In this document: positions 8,098 to 17,757 of the stretch, one piece after another
Layout: the number at the start of each line of letters is the position of its first letter
Position numbering within the stretch: the stretch's first letter is position 1
IMG/VR virus record: IMGVR_UViG_2548876929_000003
Location: 4,825 to 68,824 of that record
From: a virus
Lineage: Duplodnaviria; Caudoviricetes
Reading direction: 5' to 3' (one strand)
Length of the DNA: 64,000 bases
Position numbers and translations under genes: made by a program
The notes under the pieces: model-generated
The model's database searches: none
The model's input: the letters and a program-made list of their open reading frames with translations, nothing else
What the model was told of the DNA's origin: nothing

Positions 8098-8865
8098 TCA
8101 AACACTACATTGCTTTAATACATCATCACTAATTAAGCAGTGTTCTAAACATTTTTTTTCTAGTTCTTCTAAATCACTATCCCAGATTCCCTTATAGATC
8201 ATATGTTTCTTGATATCGTAGTAATTTTCATCACTAAACAGGGCATAAGAGCATGTAGCACTATACTCTGATTCTGATTGGCAAGAATTTAATAGGTTAT
8301 GCACCTTACATATCAATTCATTCTGATCTTCAATTGCCTGAGTTCCATTTGTCTTCTCAATCCATTTCACCAGTATATCCAAGGTTTCGGACACTTGATT
8401 ACCTATTTTGAATCTAGGCAACATAAGACGTTCAGAATCATTTAACTGTAAAATCCGAACAGTTCTCTTTCCAATTTCGTCCTTGCTAAAAAAACGATAA
8501 TTTTTGATAAATAAGTGCTGGCTTGGTTCATCGATTGTAGGATTTATGATTGGTTCGTGTTTCGTATCGTGATCTCTCTTTAAACCGTTACATCGTTTAC
8601 ATATTGGTAGAAGATTGAGCCAATCTACAACTTCATATGGGTATAAGGACTTGGGATGAAAATGTTCTACCTCAATATATTTACTTTCTTCGCCCAGTTT
8701 GCATTCACAAAAAATACACTTATCATGGCTCATTGCTAATAATGCTTTTTTAATATAATCTTGATTCCAAACATTTCTTTTAGTTTTCAAATATTCTTCG
8801 GTTAGTTCTTTTACTTTTTCATTAGTCATTTGATGTGGAGGAAAAGTTCTTGTAATTTTTATCAT
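8098..8865 (-). CDS. ptuB: HNH endonuclease, Septu PtuB-like
   Basis: CIFCE...EVEHFHPKSLYP..VVDWLNLLPICKRCN; directly downstream of an ABC-type ATPase. Confidence 0.75.
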   Translation of the reverse strand: MIKITRTFPPHQMTNEKVKELTEEYLKTKRNVWNQDYIKKALLAMSHDKCIFCECKLGEESKYIEVEHFHPKSLYPYEVVDWLNLLPICKRCNGLKRDHDTKHEPIINPTIDEPSQHLFIKNYRFFSKDEIGKRTVRILQLNDSERLMLPRFKIGNQVSETLDILVKWIEKTNGTQAIEDQNELICKVHNLLNSCQSESEYSATCSYALFSDENYYDIKKHMIYKGIWDSDLEELEKKCLEHCLISDDVLKQCSV

Positions 8866-8868
8866 AAT

Positions 8869-10020
8869 TCACCCTAAGGAACCCAATTGGAGTTCATATA
8901 CCTTCCTCATTGGACTTCGTGGATGTAGCATTTTATTTAAAACATCGAATAACTCCCTTGCTTGTTCAATATCTTCATTATCTAGAGCATGTTCAAATTT
9001 ATTTTTAATTTCCAAATATTTATTTGACCTTGTTTCCTTCAAACCCATAACATCTTCCAATATTTCTTCGACTGTCCAGCCTTTAAATCCATACTCAGAT
9101 TTAAATAGATCCAGTTTAAATACCTCACCTTCTTCATCAATGCCAAGAGCAATAAGTTCTTCAGTATTTGCCTCCTGAATCATATGTGGACTATGAGTAG
9201 TAATAATAATTTGTGCATTTGTGAACGTATTTCTAAGTGCATCAACAAATGGTCCTTGCCAGTAAGGATGCAAATGGGCATCTGCTTCATCGATTAGAAT
9301 GATACCATCGAAATCCGAAACTCTAACTTTGGGCGTCATATTGAATTCGATTTCTTTAATTAGACCCAATAAAATAAATAAGGTTGACTTAAAGCCAGAG
9401 GATAAATATTCAAAATAAACTTTACCTCTCGGTGTGTTTACTATGGTGTCTAGTGTTGAATGATCTATATGAGAGTATGTAACATTTTGATCAAGTAATG
9501 AAAAACATTTCTTAGCAGAAGATAAGTTAAATAATTCCGCTTCAGAAAGATGTCCTTGTGGCTCGAACAAAATTCTGTTACTTAACCAAGTCTTTATCGT
9601 CTCTCCCCGCATCCCATTTATGAAATTACGTTGGTAAATTCTTGAATCTCTTTCCTCATCTGAACGTATTCCATCCACTTTTTGATATTCGAGTTGTCTT
9701 TGGTCTTTTATATAGATCACTTTCAAAGCCTCTTCAAAAATTAAACTATAGACTATTTGCGACTCATTAGGCATAAATGACTCAGTATTGAAAACATTTT
9801 CTTCCCCATCAATTTTCACTTTCCATACACCTTTATCAACCCTAGAATTACGTTTCAATTTTCCAGAATTCCCAAAACTAAATGCATGGACAATACATTC
9901 CAAAATAGTACTCTTTCCTACCCCATTCATTCCACAAATAATATTTAATCTATCATTAAAAGAGACATCAAGTTCTTTTATACCACCTATATTTTTAATA
10001 GATACTGAATCAACCTTCAT
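8869..10020 (-). CDS. ptuA: ABC/AAA ATPase, Septu PtuA-like
   Basis: Walker A GMNGVGKS, signature LSSG, Walker B ILIDEADAHLHP, H-loop ITTHSP; start ATG 10020 after AGGGAGG. Confidence 0.8.
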   Translation of the reverse strand: MKVDSVSIKNIGGIKELDVSFNDRLNIICGMNGVGKSTILECIVHAFSFGNSGKLKRNSRVDKGVWKVKIDGEENVFNTESFMPNESQIVYSLIFEEALKVIYIKDQRQLEYQKVDGIRSDEERDSRIYQRNFINGMRGETIKTWLSNRILFEPQGHLSEAELFNLSSAKKCFSLLDQNVTYSHIDHSTLDTIVNTPRGKVYFEYLSSGFKSTLFILLGLIKEIEFNMTPKVRVSDFDGIILIDEADAHLHPYWQGPFVDALRNTFTNAQIIITTHSPHMIQEANTEELIALGIDEEGEVFKLDLFKSEYGFKGWTVEEILEDVMGLKETRSNKYLEIKNKFEHALDNEDIEQARELFDVLNKMLHPRSPMRKVYELQLGSLG

Positions 10021-10069
10021 AATAGTTCCTCCCTTGTTTAAAAGGATTATACCACAAAATCCCACTCTG

Positions 10070-10291
10070 CTATCCCAAAACATAAGTTTCAAGCAGTTCA
10101 TTCTTAGACATAATCTTACAGCGATTTATCCATCCTTCATCAGTATCTTTTTCCATTGGACCAATAAGTATTGTATCTCCGTTTGAACTAACTGCATACA
10201 AAATTTTTCTCTTTCCAGTTCTTTTATGCACCACAATGACATTTGGAACTGAGTAGGATACAATTAATTTTTCTAATTCATTCAAATTCAT
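10070..10291 (-). CDS. 73-aa hypothetical protein upstream of ptuA
   Basis: ORF track; RBS GGAGG before ATG 10291. Confidence 0.6.
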   Translation of the reverse strand: MNLNELEKLIVSYSVPNVIVVHKRTGKRKILYAVSSNGDTILIGPMEKDTDEGWINRCKIMSKNELLETYVLG

Positions 10292-10566
10292 CGCCTCCAT
10301 TAATAAAGTGTATTTTTTGGAGCATAAAAAATGACAAGCCCAAATACGAGTGGACTTGCCATTCTATAATTATAATTGGGATAAGCATATTTATTGTGGG
10401 TTTTCGGGATGATTTTAGAACGGACTCGGGATAGTTTAAGAAATCCCCTAACAATTCTAGTACCATTTAAACTTTAATCCCTTGGCCTATACCTAGCTTC
10501 AAAAACAGCATGCGTACCTTGCTAACAGCGCGGGCAGCCATCTATATCTCATATATAGCATCTCTA

Positions 10567-11109
10567 TTAAGTGAGTACAGGCGTTTGAGCCACTATGTTT
10601 GGAACTTTTACTGGTTCAGTTGCCCCACTTGCCACGGTATCTCCTTCAGTAGCTTGAGAAAGAATAGCCGTAACTTGTGCAGCTAAAGAAGAGACAGCTT
10701 CCTTAGCTGCGGCCTGTGTCGCCTCTTCACTTGGCTGAGCTTCGGTAGTCAGCACTGTCTTTGTCTTAGCCTTATACTCCAGATATGCCTTCTCAATTGC
10801 AGACCTTAACTCTACTTGGGAAACTGTAATGCCCTGACTGGTAAGAGTAAGTGAAGCATACTGCAAAGCCTCCTGAAGCTTACGCTCTCCCCCTGCCTGC
10901 TTAAAAGCTGTCTGAGCAAAAGCAAATCCTTCCCCAGCGATCTTATGAATTACTTCCCTCTGTGCTGCCGTTGTACGCGCTTCTAGCCACACGTTAACTT
11001 TAGTCTTGAGTTTGTTCAGACCTCCTAAAACAAACGCTGTAAGCACACCCGCAGCGGCTGTGACAATGGTATTTACATAAGGCTGTACAGTTTCGATAAT
11101 GGTTTGCAT
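10567..11109 (-). CDS. Phage holin, LL-H-like family
   Basis: Single N-terminal TM; AFAFAQTAFKQAGGERKLQEA...IEKAY pattern; follows the endolysin. Confidence 0.7.
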   Translation of the reverse strand: MQTIIETVQPYVNTIVTAAAGVLTAFVLGGLNKLKTKVNVWLEARTTAAQREVIHKIAGEGFAFAQTAFKQAGGERKLQEALQYASLTLTSQGITVSQVELRSAIEKAYLEYKAKTKTVLTTEAQPSEEATQAAAKEAVSSLAAQVTAILSQATEGDTVASGATEPVKVPNIVAQTPVLT

Positions 11110-11111
11110 GA

Positions 11112-12062
11112 TTATTTATCCCCTTTCGTTTTCAACGATGCGATTTTATTTTTTGAATCCCAGGACACTACAGCGCCGTATGCCTCCGCAACGGGTCTTA
11201 GCTGCACATATGCCACTCCTTCGACCAGTTGGATAAATTGCAGCTTGGCTCCATTTAAAAAAGCGACCTTGAGACTGGTGTCCCAATGACACGATAAGCC
11301 CAACACAGTAGCAAGCACACGCAGCGGAACATACGTCCTGCCACTAAAGAGCAACGTCTTCCCTACCTGTTTGCCATTTGCGATGAACGTACCGGACGTG
11401 ACTGTCTCCGGCTGCTCAGGGCGCTTTGTGAAACGTTCACGCAGCTCGTCCGCCGTACCATCATACTCATTCATATCCACGTTCCCTTTTATCCCTGCTA
11501 CCTTGCCGCTATCGCTATATTGCCAAATATCCCAACGTTTCCACGTCACTGTATCGCTTGGGACGCGAGTATCACTATACCGGGCTATCCATAGTGGGTA
11601 ACCGCCCAATGAGGCGTTAAAATTAGCTGCGAATGCATTGCCTGTATAGATAATGGGCTTGCGTCCTGTAAGTCTCTCCAGCTCAAGCAGGAAGGCCAAA
11701 GCTACAGCACTAATAAGTGTTTTGGACAAGTTGCCGGGATTGTTTTCATAGTCCATCACCGGAGGAAGGTCCAACGCTTTAGCGCCTCCAACCTGGTCCA
11801 ACACATCAGCAAAATGCTTTGCTTCTACTTTTGCTGCGTCAACGTTGGTTGCATCTAGGAAATGGTATGCTCCCAGCAATACACCTGCTTCCTTGGCCCT
11901 TTTGGCATTTGTAATGAATGTCGGATCAACATAACGTTGCCCCTGGCTGGCCTTGATGAAGGCAAATGAAACACCATCTGCCTTAACCGCCTTCCAATCA
12001 ATCTTACCTTGATATCTGGATACGTCGATCCCTCTTGCATTACGGCTGTTTCGTCGTTGCAT
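11112..12062 (-). CDS. Endolysin: GH25 muramidase plus copper-amine-oxidase-N-like cell-binding domain
   Basis: GIDVSRYQG, FIKASQG, PPVMDYE, WQYSDSG..GIKGNVDMN; C-terminal GRTYVPLR. Confidence 0.9.
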   Translation of the reverse strand: MQRRNSRNARGIDVSRYQGKIDWKAVKADGVSFAFIKASQGQRYVDPTFITNAKRAKEAGVLLGAYHFLDATNVDAAKVEAKHFADVLDQVGGAKALDLPPVMDYENNPGNLSKTLISAVALAFLLELERLTGRKPIIYTGNAFAANFNASLGGYPLWIARYSDTRVPSDTVTWKRWDIWQYSDSGKVAGIKGNVDMNEYDGTADELRERFTKRPEQPETVTSGTFIANGKQVGKTLLFSGRTYVPLRVLATVLGLSCHWDTSLKVAFLNGAKLQFIQLVEGVAYVQLRPVAEAYGAVVSWDSKNKIASLKTKGDK

Positions 12063-12492
12063 CTTCTTTCTCTCCTTCCTTACCACTCTTACTTTTCAAA
12101 ACTTCTACGGCCTGTCGGATCACTGGCGGGATAGGTGCGCCGAGTCTGCCGCCATTCTCCAAAATGGACAAAAGCTCATTTGCCATATAAAAATAGGCGA
12201 CCGCATCCCGGAATAGGTGCGAATCGCCTAAGACTCCATCAATTAGATGGGATACTGCTACCATCGTAAAAATAAATACCTTTCGAGCGATACCAATAAG
12301 ACCGATCTTACTTTTTAAACCAGGTCCGGTACCCTTCTTACCTTCTGCGCCAGCCGCAAATAATCCGGTCACATAATCAATAACGACTAGAGCAAGTAAC
12401 ACCCCCAATACTCCCGACCACCCACCGTAAAAATACGTCACAGCGCTACTTCCTAAAGCAGTGCTGAACTTAAAAACCTCCCACTTATCCAC
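12040..12492 (-). CDS. Phage holin (holin-4 / toxin-secretion family)
   Basis: VIDYVTG, ARKVFIF, NELLSILENGGRLGAPIP; likely GTG start at 12492 after GGGGGA. Confidence 0.9.
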   Translation of the reverse strand: MDKWEVFKFSTALGSSAVTYFYGGWSGVLGVLLALVVIDYVTGLFAAGAEGKKGTGPGLKSKIGLIGIARKVFIFTMVAVSHLIDGVLGDSHLFRDAVAYFYMANELLSILENGGRLGAPIPPVIRQAVEVLKSKSGKEGEKEDATTKQP

Positions 12493-12514
12493 CTTGCTTC
12501 CCCCGTCTCTTCGT

Positions 12515-12736
12515 TCAGGAAACTTTTCCTGAGCTATCATCGTCTGTTTTCTGTTCATTTTCTTCCTGGGCCTGCATCTCTGCTAATGCATTTCCTACTG
12601 CCATATCCAAACCTATAAGTATTTCTTTCCGTCGTGCTGGCTGTGAAGCAATTACAGCAGAAATGACCTCAGTCAAATCCTCAACAGGTCTGGTTAGATC
12701 CAGTTGTATATCCAATGTGGATTTTATCTTTGCCAT
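12515..12736 (-). CDS. Small phage hypothetical protein
   Basis: ORF track; RBS GGGAGGTG before MAKIKSTLDIQ. Confidence 0.7.
   Translation of the reverse strand: MAKIKSTLDIQLDLTRPVEDLTEVISAVIASQPARRKEILIGLDMAVGNALAEMQAQEENEQKTDDDSSGKVS
12516..12531. promoter_or_regulatory. Palindrome CAGGAAA-NN-TTTCCTG upstream of the holin
   Basis: Perfect 7-2-7 inverted repeat that recurs elsewhere in the window. Confidence 0.6.
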
Positions 12737-12775
12737 GGGTTTTATCACCTCCCTCAGACACAAAAAAAGACACCT

Positions 12776-13546
12776 TTAGTTTGCAGATGCCTGTAATTGT
12801 TCCTTATTATAAATTCTCACAAGCCATTCACGGCCTAATTGAGTAAATCTACGGTGATAGATCACTTTTCCGTTATCAAGAACTTCTTGTTTGATTTCAA
12901 CATATCCGCAATCCGCATATCGGCTATAAAGCAGCCAAGTGTCATTTTGTCTGAATTGAATCTTACGACTCCCTAAATCATTATTCAGAGCAATTGCCGA
13001 CTTGAATCCAAGTTCCTTTGCAATCTCCGTAGCAGTATAGGTCTTGTTAACGTGCATCAGAATTGCATTTGTTCTTTCAGCCTCTACTCTGGCAGCGCGC
13101 TCCTCTTTGAGTTTAGTCAAGAGTTCAATTCCGAAGTCAGGATTGTTTAGTATTTTATCCATTACGTCATCCGTTGCATAAACACCATGTTTTTGGATCG
13201 AAGGAAGGATATCTTCATATAACCAATCTTGGAACGTCTCAGCCTTGGATTGACCAGATTGTCCAAGTACACGATTCAAAGCAAAACTTGTAATAAAAGC
13301 CTCTCCTGCATTATTCATTTTTCGGACATTCCGATTCAGAATGTCCGAATTCTTCACTCGATATATATGAGATTCTTTACAGAATTTCAATACATTATTA
13401 GTCGCTTTTTCTCCTCGGTACTCTAGGATTGTAGCAACGTCTTTTGCACTTATTAAAAAATCACCTTTGAATTCAATTCCTACATCCTCCCTTGTCAGTA
13501 TTGTCACTTCATGCTGATTTTCAAAAACAGCTAAACCATTATTCAT
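12776..13546 (-). CDS. Phage antirepressor (BRO-N-like plus KilAC/ANT-like C-terminal domain)
   Basis: FQDWLYEDILPSIQKHGVY; TATEIAKELG; FTQLGREWL. Confidence 0.85.
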   Translation of the reverse strand: MNNGLAVFENQHEVTILTREDVGIEFKGDFLISAKDVATILEYRGEKATNNVLKFCKESHIYRVKNSDILNRNVRKMNNAGEAFITSFALNRVLGQSGQSKAETFQDWLYEDILPSIQKHGVYATDDVMDKILNNPDFGIELLTKLKEERAARVEAERTNAILMHVNKTYTATEIAKELGFKSAIALNNDLGSRKIQFRQNDTWLLYSRYADCGYVEIKQEVLDNGKVIYHRRFTQLGREWLVRIYNKEQLQASAN

Positions 13547-13825
13547 GCTTTATCACTCCTATAATTTATTTGAGACGCAAAATAAGCCCCTGAGTTATCA
13601 GAGGCTTTCATACTTATATCTTAAATTGGTTCTGCTGCTATAACGCTGCGGATTTTAGAAGGAATTATTGATCGGTAAATATAAAGTTGTAGACAGACAA
13701 TGCGATTAGTTAATGGGCAGGATAGTTGAGTAATGAGTTAGTTAAATGATTTGAGTATACGAATGGTACAACTGTAAATGTGACCTTACTTTGGTAACCA
13801 ACATTAAAAGGCTCTTGAAAGCCTT

Positions 13826-14086
13826 TTAATGTACAAAGGATTTTATTCTTTTCATAATATTATCACCATTAGTAGTAAACAAAATGTAAGTTTGAGAACT
13901 GGTTTTTATAACAACACGATCGGTGGTTCCGTAAGGAGTGCCTATTCTTATGGCGTTTCTTACCTCTCCCCCGTAAGTATTATCATTAGAAACGTCTTTA
14001 ATATCAGATAGCGGAATTACCGTTTTAGATAACTGCCAAGTTATTACTAATTTTTCTTCTATTTCTTTTACATCAATTCCTAACAT
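13826..14086 (-). CDS. SunI/YnzG-like (bacterial PH-domain) protein
   Basis: WQLSKTVIPLSDI..V..DNTYGG....IRIGTPYGTTDRVVIKT motif. Confidence 0.7.
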   Translation of the reverse strand: MLGIDVKEIEEKLVITWQLSKTVIPLSDIKDVSNDNTYGGEVRNAIRIGTPYGTTDRVVIKTSSQTYILFTTNGDNIMKRIKSFVH

Positions 14087-14347
14087 CGTTCAACCTCCCG
14101 ATTTGAGATGATGTGCAAGTATGATTATATAATATATGGTTAATCCGTACAATATTACAAGTTAGTATTTACAGAACTAACGGGACACGATTATTAAATA
14201 TCACACTCGTTGAGCAGGCACATAAGTCTGCTCTTTGAGGTAGTAGACGCTAATTTGATTATTTTTAAAATTGAGTTGTTTATCATTTTAAAGCATTATA
14301 AGATGATTTCAGACATCGATGTACTTTAAAAAGAAAGAGAAGAGAAT

Positions 14348-14800
14348 ATGAAGGCTGAAATTGAAAAAATACCGTCTTGTAAAATTTCATACATGAGACA
14401 GATTGGTCCTTATGGAATTGCCAATTCACAACTAATGGAGAAATTTAAATATTGGGTTAAATCGAATAATTTATTTAATAATACATCTATTATCCTTGGT
14501 ATTGCCCAAGATAATCCTGCATTTGTGAAGCCGGAAAATTGTCGCTACGATGCATGTTTGGTTCTTCCTGATGGTTACTGTGTTAATACTGATGAAGTAA
14601 ACTTGAGCAACATTAGTGGAGGAAGATACGCTGTTTTTAAAATAAATCATACAGCAGAAGCTATTCAGAAGGCTTGGACTGAAATATTCCTGGAGTTGGA
14701 AAATCAAAGGTTTAGCTTAGATGAAACCCGACCTATCTTGGAACGATATACAGTTGAACTTATTAATAATCATTATTGCGAAATTTGCGTTCCGATTTAA
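14348..14800 (+). CDS. GyrI-like small-molecule-binding protein (moron)
   Basis: YMRQIGPYG, QDNP....PENCRYDAC, GGRYAVF, RPILERY; opposite strand to the phage late genes. Confidence 0.85.
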   Translation: MKAEIEKIPSCKISYMRQIGPYGIANSQLMEKFKYWVKSNNLFNNTSIILGIAQDNPAFVKPENCRYDACLVLPDGYCVNTDEVNLSNISGGRYAVFKINHTAEAIQKAWTEIFLELENQRFSLDETRPILERYTVELINNHYCEICVPI

Positions 14801-14933
14801 TAAACGTATTAAGGCATAGGAGTGTTTCTATTATTAAAGGCAGTCTAATATCATTCTCTTATATAAGAGTAAAAGCCCTCTGTTTAAGAGGGCTTTTGTG
14901 TATACAGTATATAATTTGTTTGTTGCAGGATAA

Positions 14934-15539
14934 CTACGGATATAATTTAAGGGAAGCTATAGCTTTATTTATTTCTTCTAGTTCAGTCTTATATTTAGCT
15001 ATAGCGCTCTCAGTACTGTCTAATTCCTTCTTTGTTTTAGCCACATTCGATTCTCTAATGGCTAATGTTGAAGAACTTACTGATGTTTTCGACAATTTAT
15101 CAGCAATCTCTAGTTCATGATTTAGTTTATCTTTACTGCTTTCAGATTCTGAAATGTATTTTTCTAAATCAGATTTCCTTTGTTCCAATTTCACTTTGCT
15201 CCAACCCGCATACTGTTCTTCTTTTTTTATCAACCCATCAGTTTCTGACAAGGAAGTTGCTTTTGTATCAGCAGAAGAATCTGTACTTATTTGAATTGTT
15301 TTTCCGTCCAATTTTAGATTCGCCCCTAATGAGTCGGTTACAGCTCGTAAAGGTACATGTGCTTTTCCGTCTACCACAATGGCACTTTCGGAAAGAGAAT
15401 TTCCATTTACCTTGACTGAATATTCCCCCGCTACCTTTTCACCGACTAAAGATTTGATTTGATCTGCAAATGCACTACCAGCCGTAGCAACAACTGCTCC
15501 GATCAACACACCACTAAGTAAATAAGACCATTTTTTCAT
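14934..15539 (-). CDS. Secreted protein: copper-amine-oxidase-N-like domain plus coiled coil
   Basis: Signal peptide; AIVVDGKAHVPLRAV; charged heptad-like C-terminus. Confidence 0.65.
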   Translation of the reverse strand: MKKWSYLLSGVLIGAVVATAGSAFADQIKSLVGEKVAGEYSVKVNGNSLSESAIVVDGKAHVPLRAVTDSLGANLKLDGKTIQISTDSSADTKATSLSETDGLIKKEEQYAGWSKVKLEQRKSDLEKYISESESSKDKLNHELEIADKLSKTSVSSSTLAIRESNVAKTKKELDSTESAIAKYKTELEEINKAIASLKLYP

Positions 15540-15603
15540 TATCCGTGCCTCCTACATAGTATATATGTCCTAATATTACCATCGGTAGGAGGTGCAGTAA
15601 ACA

Positions 15604-17745
15604 TTATGTTGTCGAACTAGTACCAGCAGGAATTTTAACAGTCGCAACTGTCCTTGTTCGACTAAACAGCTTCAAATTTCTTGATGATGGATCAAATGTA
15701 GCGTTCACGATCACATCATCGTACATATCACCTCTCAATGAAGCAGTATCGTTCCTCAATTCTCTAATTGTATCCCCAAGATTTTCAATATTTTCAACTC
15801 CAAGCTTAAGCCCGCTAACAGTAGCGTCAGTAAAATTAATCTCATTCTGAAAATAAACCATATCATCAGTAGACTTAATATATACCCCACCCATATTGCC
15901 TACATGAAATCCGTTCGAGTCTCCAAAAATACTTCCTCTTGGACTTCCATTATCCATAAACAGCAGCCCGCCACCATCATTATACTGTCCCAAAGAAATA
16001 GACTCCCCACCCCTTGAGTTATAAGCAGTCAAGCCATTGGAGTTTATCTCTATTCGTCTGCCTTCCTTGGCTGTACGAAACAAAGCCCCTGTAATAATAC
16101 CGCCTTCTATTTCATTGCCGATCAGTTTACTACCACGTATTGTACTTGCATTAACTGTACTTGCCCTAATATCTGAAGCATTCATTTCTGAGTTATCAAT
16201 TTGGCCCGTAAGCTTGATTGACCTGGCAACAACATTCCCCTGCATGTCTACCCGGAATGGCGCAATGGTATAGTCGTCATTCCCTGCACTAATTCCGTCG
16301 GTATTGATTTTAGTTACGTTATTGCCACTACCAATAACCAAGGATACAAAGTTTCCGAGCTGCCCGACAATCTGTTCAGCAACAACGCCACGTGCTGTAA
16401 TTGCTGTTCTTGCTGTTTTACCTCCGTCCGTTGTTAAAACAACCCCGTTTGAAGTCATAATAACTTGGTTCTGAGCATTGGCCTTGTCCTGTAGGATTAT
16501 GCCACGTTGATCGTACTTGATTTCCGTTTTGGAATTATCAATGTCGATCACGGCTTGCTTGGCAAAAGACTCAAATACTTCCGTTCGGATCTTCCCGTTA
16601 CTGAACAGATTATTGATAATATTCTTGTTCCGCTCCAGGTCAGAAATGATATCTGCATAGTCCCGTAAATTGACATTTGATATGGTAGGCTCACTGTGTT
16701 TGTCACGGCTATATGGATACTCTGTAAGCTCTGTTATTCGGGCTTTGAGTTGGTTCATATCCATAGCCGGATCAATACACATTACCGTGTCACCTAAATG
16801 CGGTTCTGGTTCTGTATTGTCAATTTTAAATAGGTCAGCCGTTGATACGGTAACTTCTATTGTTACGTTCTCTTGCTCCCTGAGAGCCTTTCGAGTAGCC
16901 TTAAGCAAATCTTCAGGTTCTTCAATATCCTGCTCTATGATTTCACCATCATAAAATGGTACAGAAGCACTGGACCAATATTGAGCATAAGGAGAAATTA
17001 AGTAGTTAACTGCCAGCTTCCCGTTTACGATCGTTCCCGGCACACCGGAAAGTAAACTCTGCTCCTCGTCCGTCAGTTTAGATGCATCCATTCCAATAAA
17101 GGTTCGTCCATCCTTCATTTGCGAAAACATGCGGGTTACAAGGGATTCCCCTTTATCTTTGAAGGAGCTAGAAACGATATTCTTTTTGAGTCTGTATTGT
17201 AGCCCATTATCAGCCCCGATCTTTTTTCTCAAATTGATCACAAAATTATCTGGCTCCACTTCACATTCATACATTTGAACGATCTTGTTGAGAGCTTCCA
17301 AGCAGGTCCCACGCCCGAAGTCTTTGACATCATGCAAATCAAATGTGTCGTGAATAACGAACTTAAATCGCCCGCCTGTAGCAACTGTAATCAGGTCTGT
17401 GAGTTGATTGATATGAATACCGTAGGCTTCTGCAATGTATGAAGCATATGGAAACTTGTAATCATTAAGTTTGAACATGATGTGATTACAGTAGATATTT
17501 GCAGTCAGCTTTTTTCCCTCTCGTGATCGGCTACGAGACTGAATAACATAAAATTGGCCACGCTCATCCAGAACGTGGCCCTTGATTGCTATCTTCTCCC
17601 TATAGTCTTCGCTGGTCATTGGGACCATAAAGGTTAATTCGTAGTCACTGTTAATCCTGCGCCGCCGTTGAATGTCATAAGAGTCCACCAGCGTCCCAAC
17701 GCGCCTCATGTTTTTATCAAACACTTGCATAGTTGGAGTAGGCAT
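15604..17745 (-). CDS. Phage tail protein (tail endopeptidase/spike-like hub)
   Basis: Follows distal-tail-like genes; prophage tail N-terminus; low-complexity beta-rich C-terminus. Confidence 0.8.
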   Translation of the reverse strand: MPTPTMQVFDKNMRRVGTLVDSYDIQRRRRINSDYELTFMVPMTSEDYREKIAIKGHVLDERGQFYVIQSRSRSREGKKLTANIYCNHIMFKLNDYKFPYASYIAEAYGIHINQLTDLITVATGGRFKFVIHDTFDLHDVKDFGRGTCLEALNKIVQMYECEVEPDNFVINLRKKIGADNGLQYRLKKNIVSSSFKDKGESLVTRMFSQMKDGRTFIGMDASKLTDEEQSLLSGVPGTIVNGKLAVNYLISPYAQYWSSASVPFYDGEIIEQDIEEPEDLLKATRKALREQENVTIEVTVSTADLFKIDNTEPEPHLGDTVMCIDPAMDMNQLKARITELTEYPYSRDKHSEPTISNVNLRDYADIISDLERNKNIINNLFSNGKIRTEVFESFAKQAVIDIDNSKTEIKYDQRGIILQDKANAQNQVIMTSNGVVLTTDGGKTARTAITARGVVAEQIVGQLGNFVSLVIGSGNNVTKINTDGISAGNDDYTIAPFRVDMQGNVVARSIKLTGQIDNSEMNASDIRASTVNASTIRGSKLIGNEIEGGIITGALFRTAKEGRRIEINSNGLTAYNSRGGESISLGQYNDGGGLLFMDNGSPRGSIFGDSNGFHVGNMGGVYIKSTDDMVYFQNEINFTDATVSGLKLGVENIENLGDTIRELRNDTASLRGDMYDDVIVNATFDPSSRNLKLFSRTRTVATVKIPAGTSSTT

Positions 17746-17757
17746 AGTCCACCTCTC

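Noticed and set aside
8098-10020. Type I-A retron
   Set aside because: PtuAB-like effectors are present but there is no reverse transcriptase or msr/msd nearby
1-10566. attR / left prophage boundary
   Set aside because: No tRNA fragment or repeat matching the right end was found by eye; the other att copy is outside the window, so the boundary cannot be assigned
12516-12531. Sigma-H promoter reading of the AGGAAA motif
   Set aside because: No GAAT -10 element at the required spacing, and the symmetry fits an operator or hairpin better
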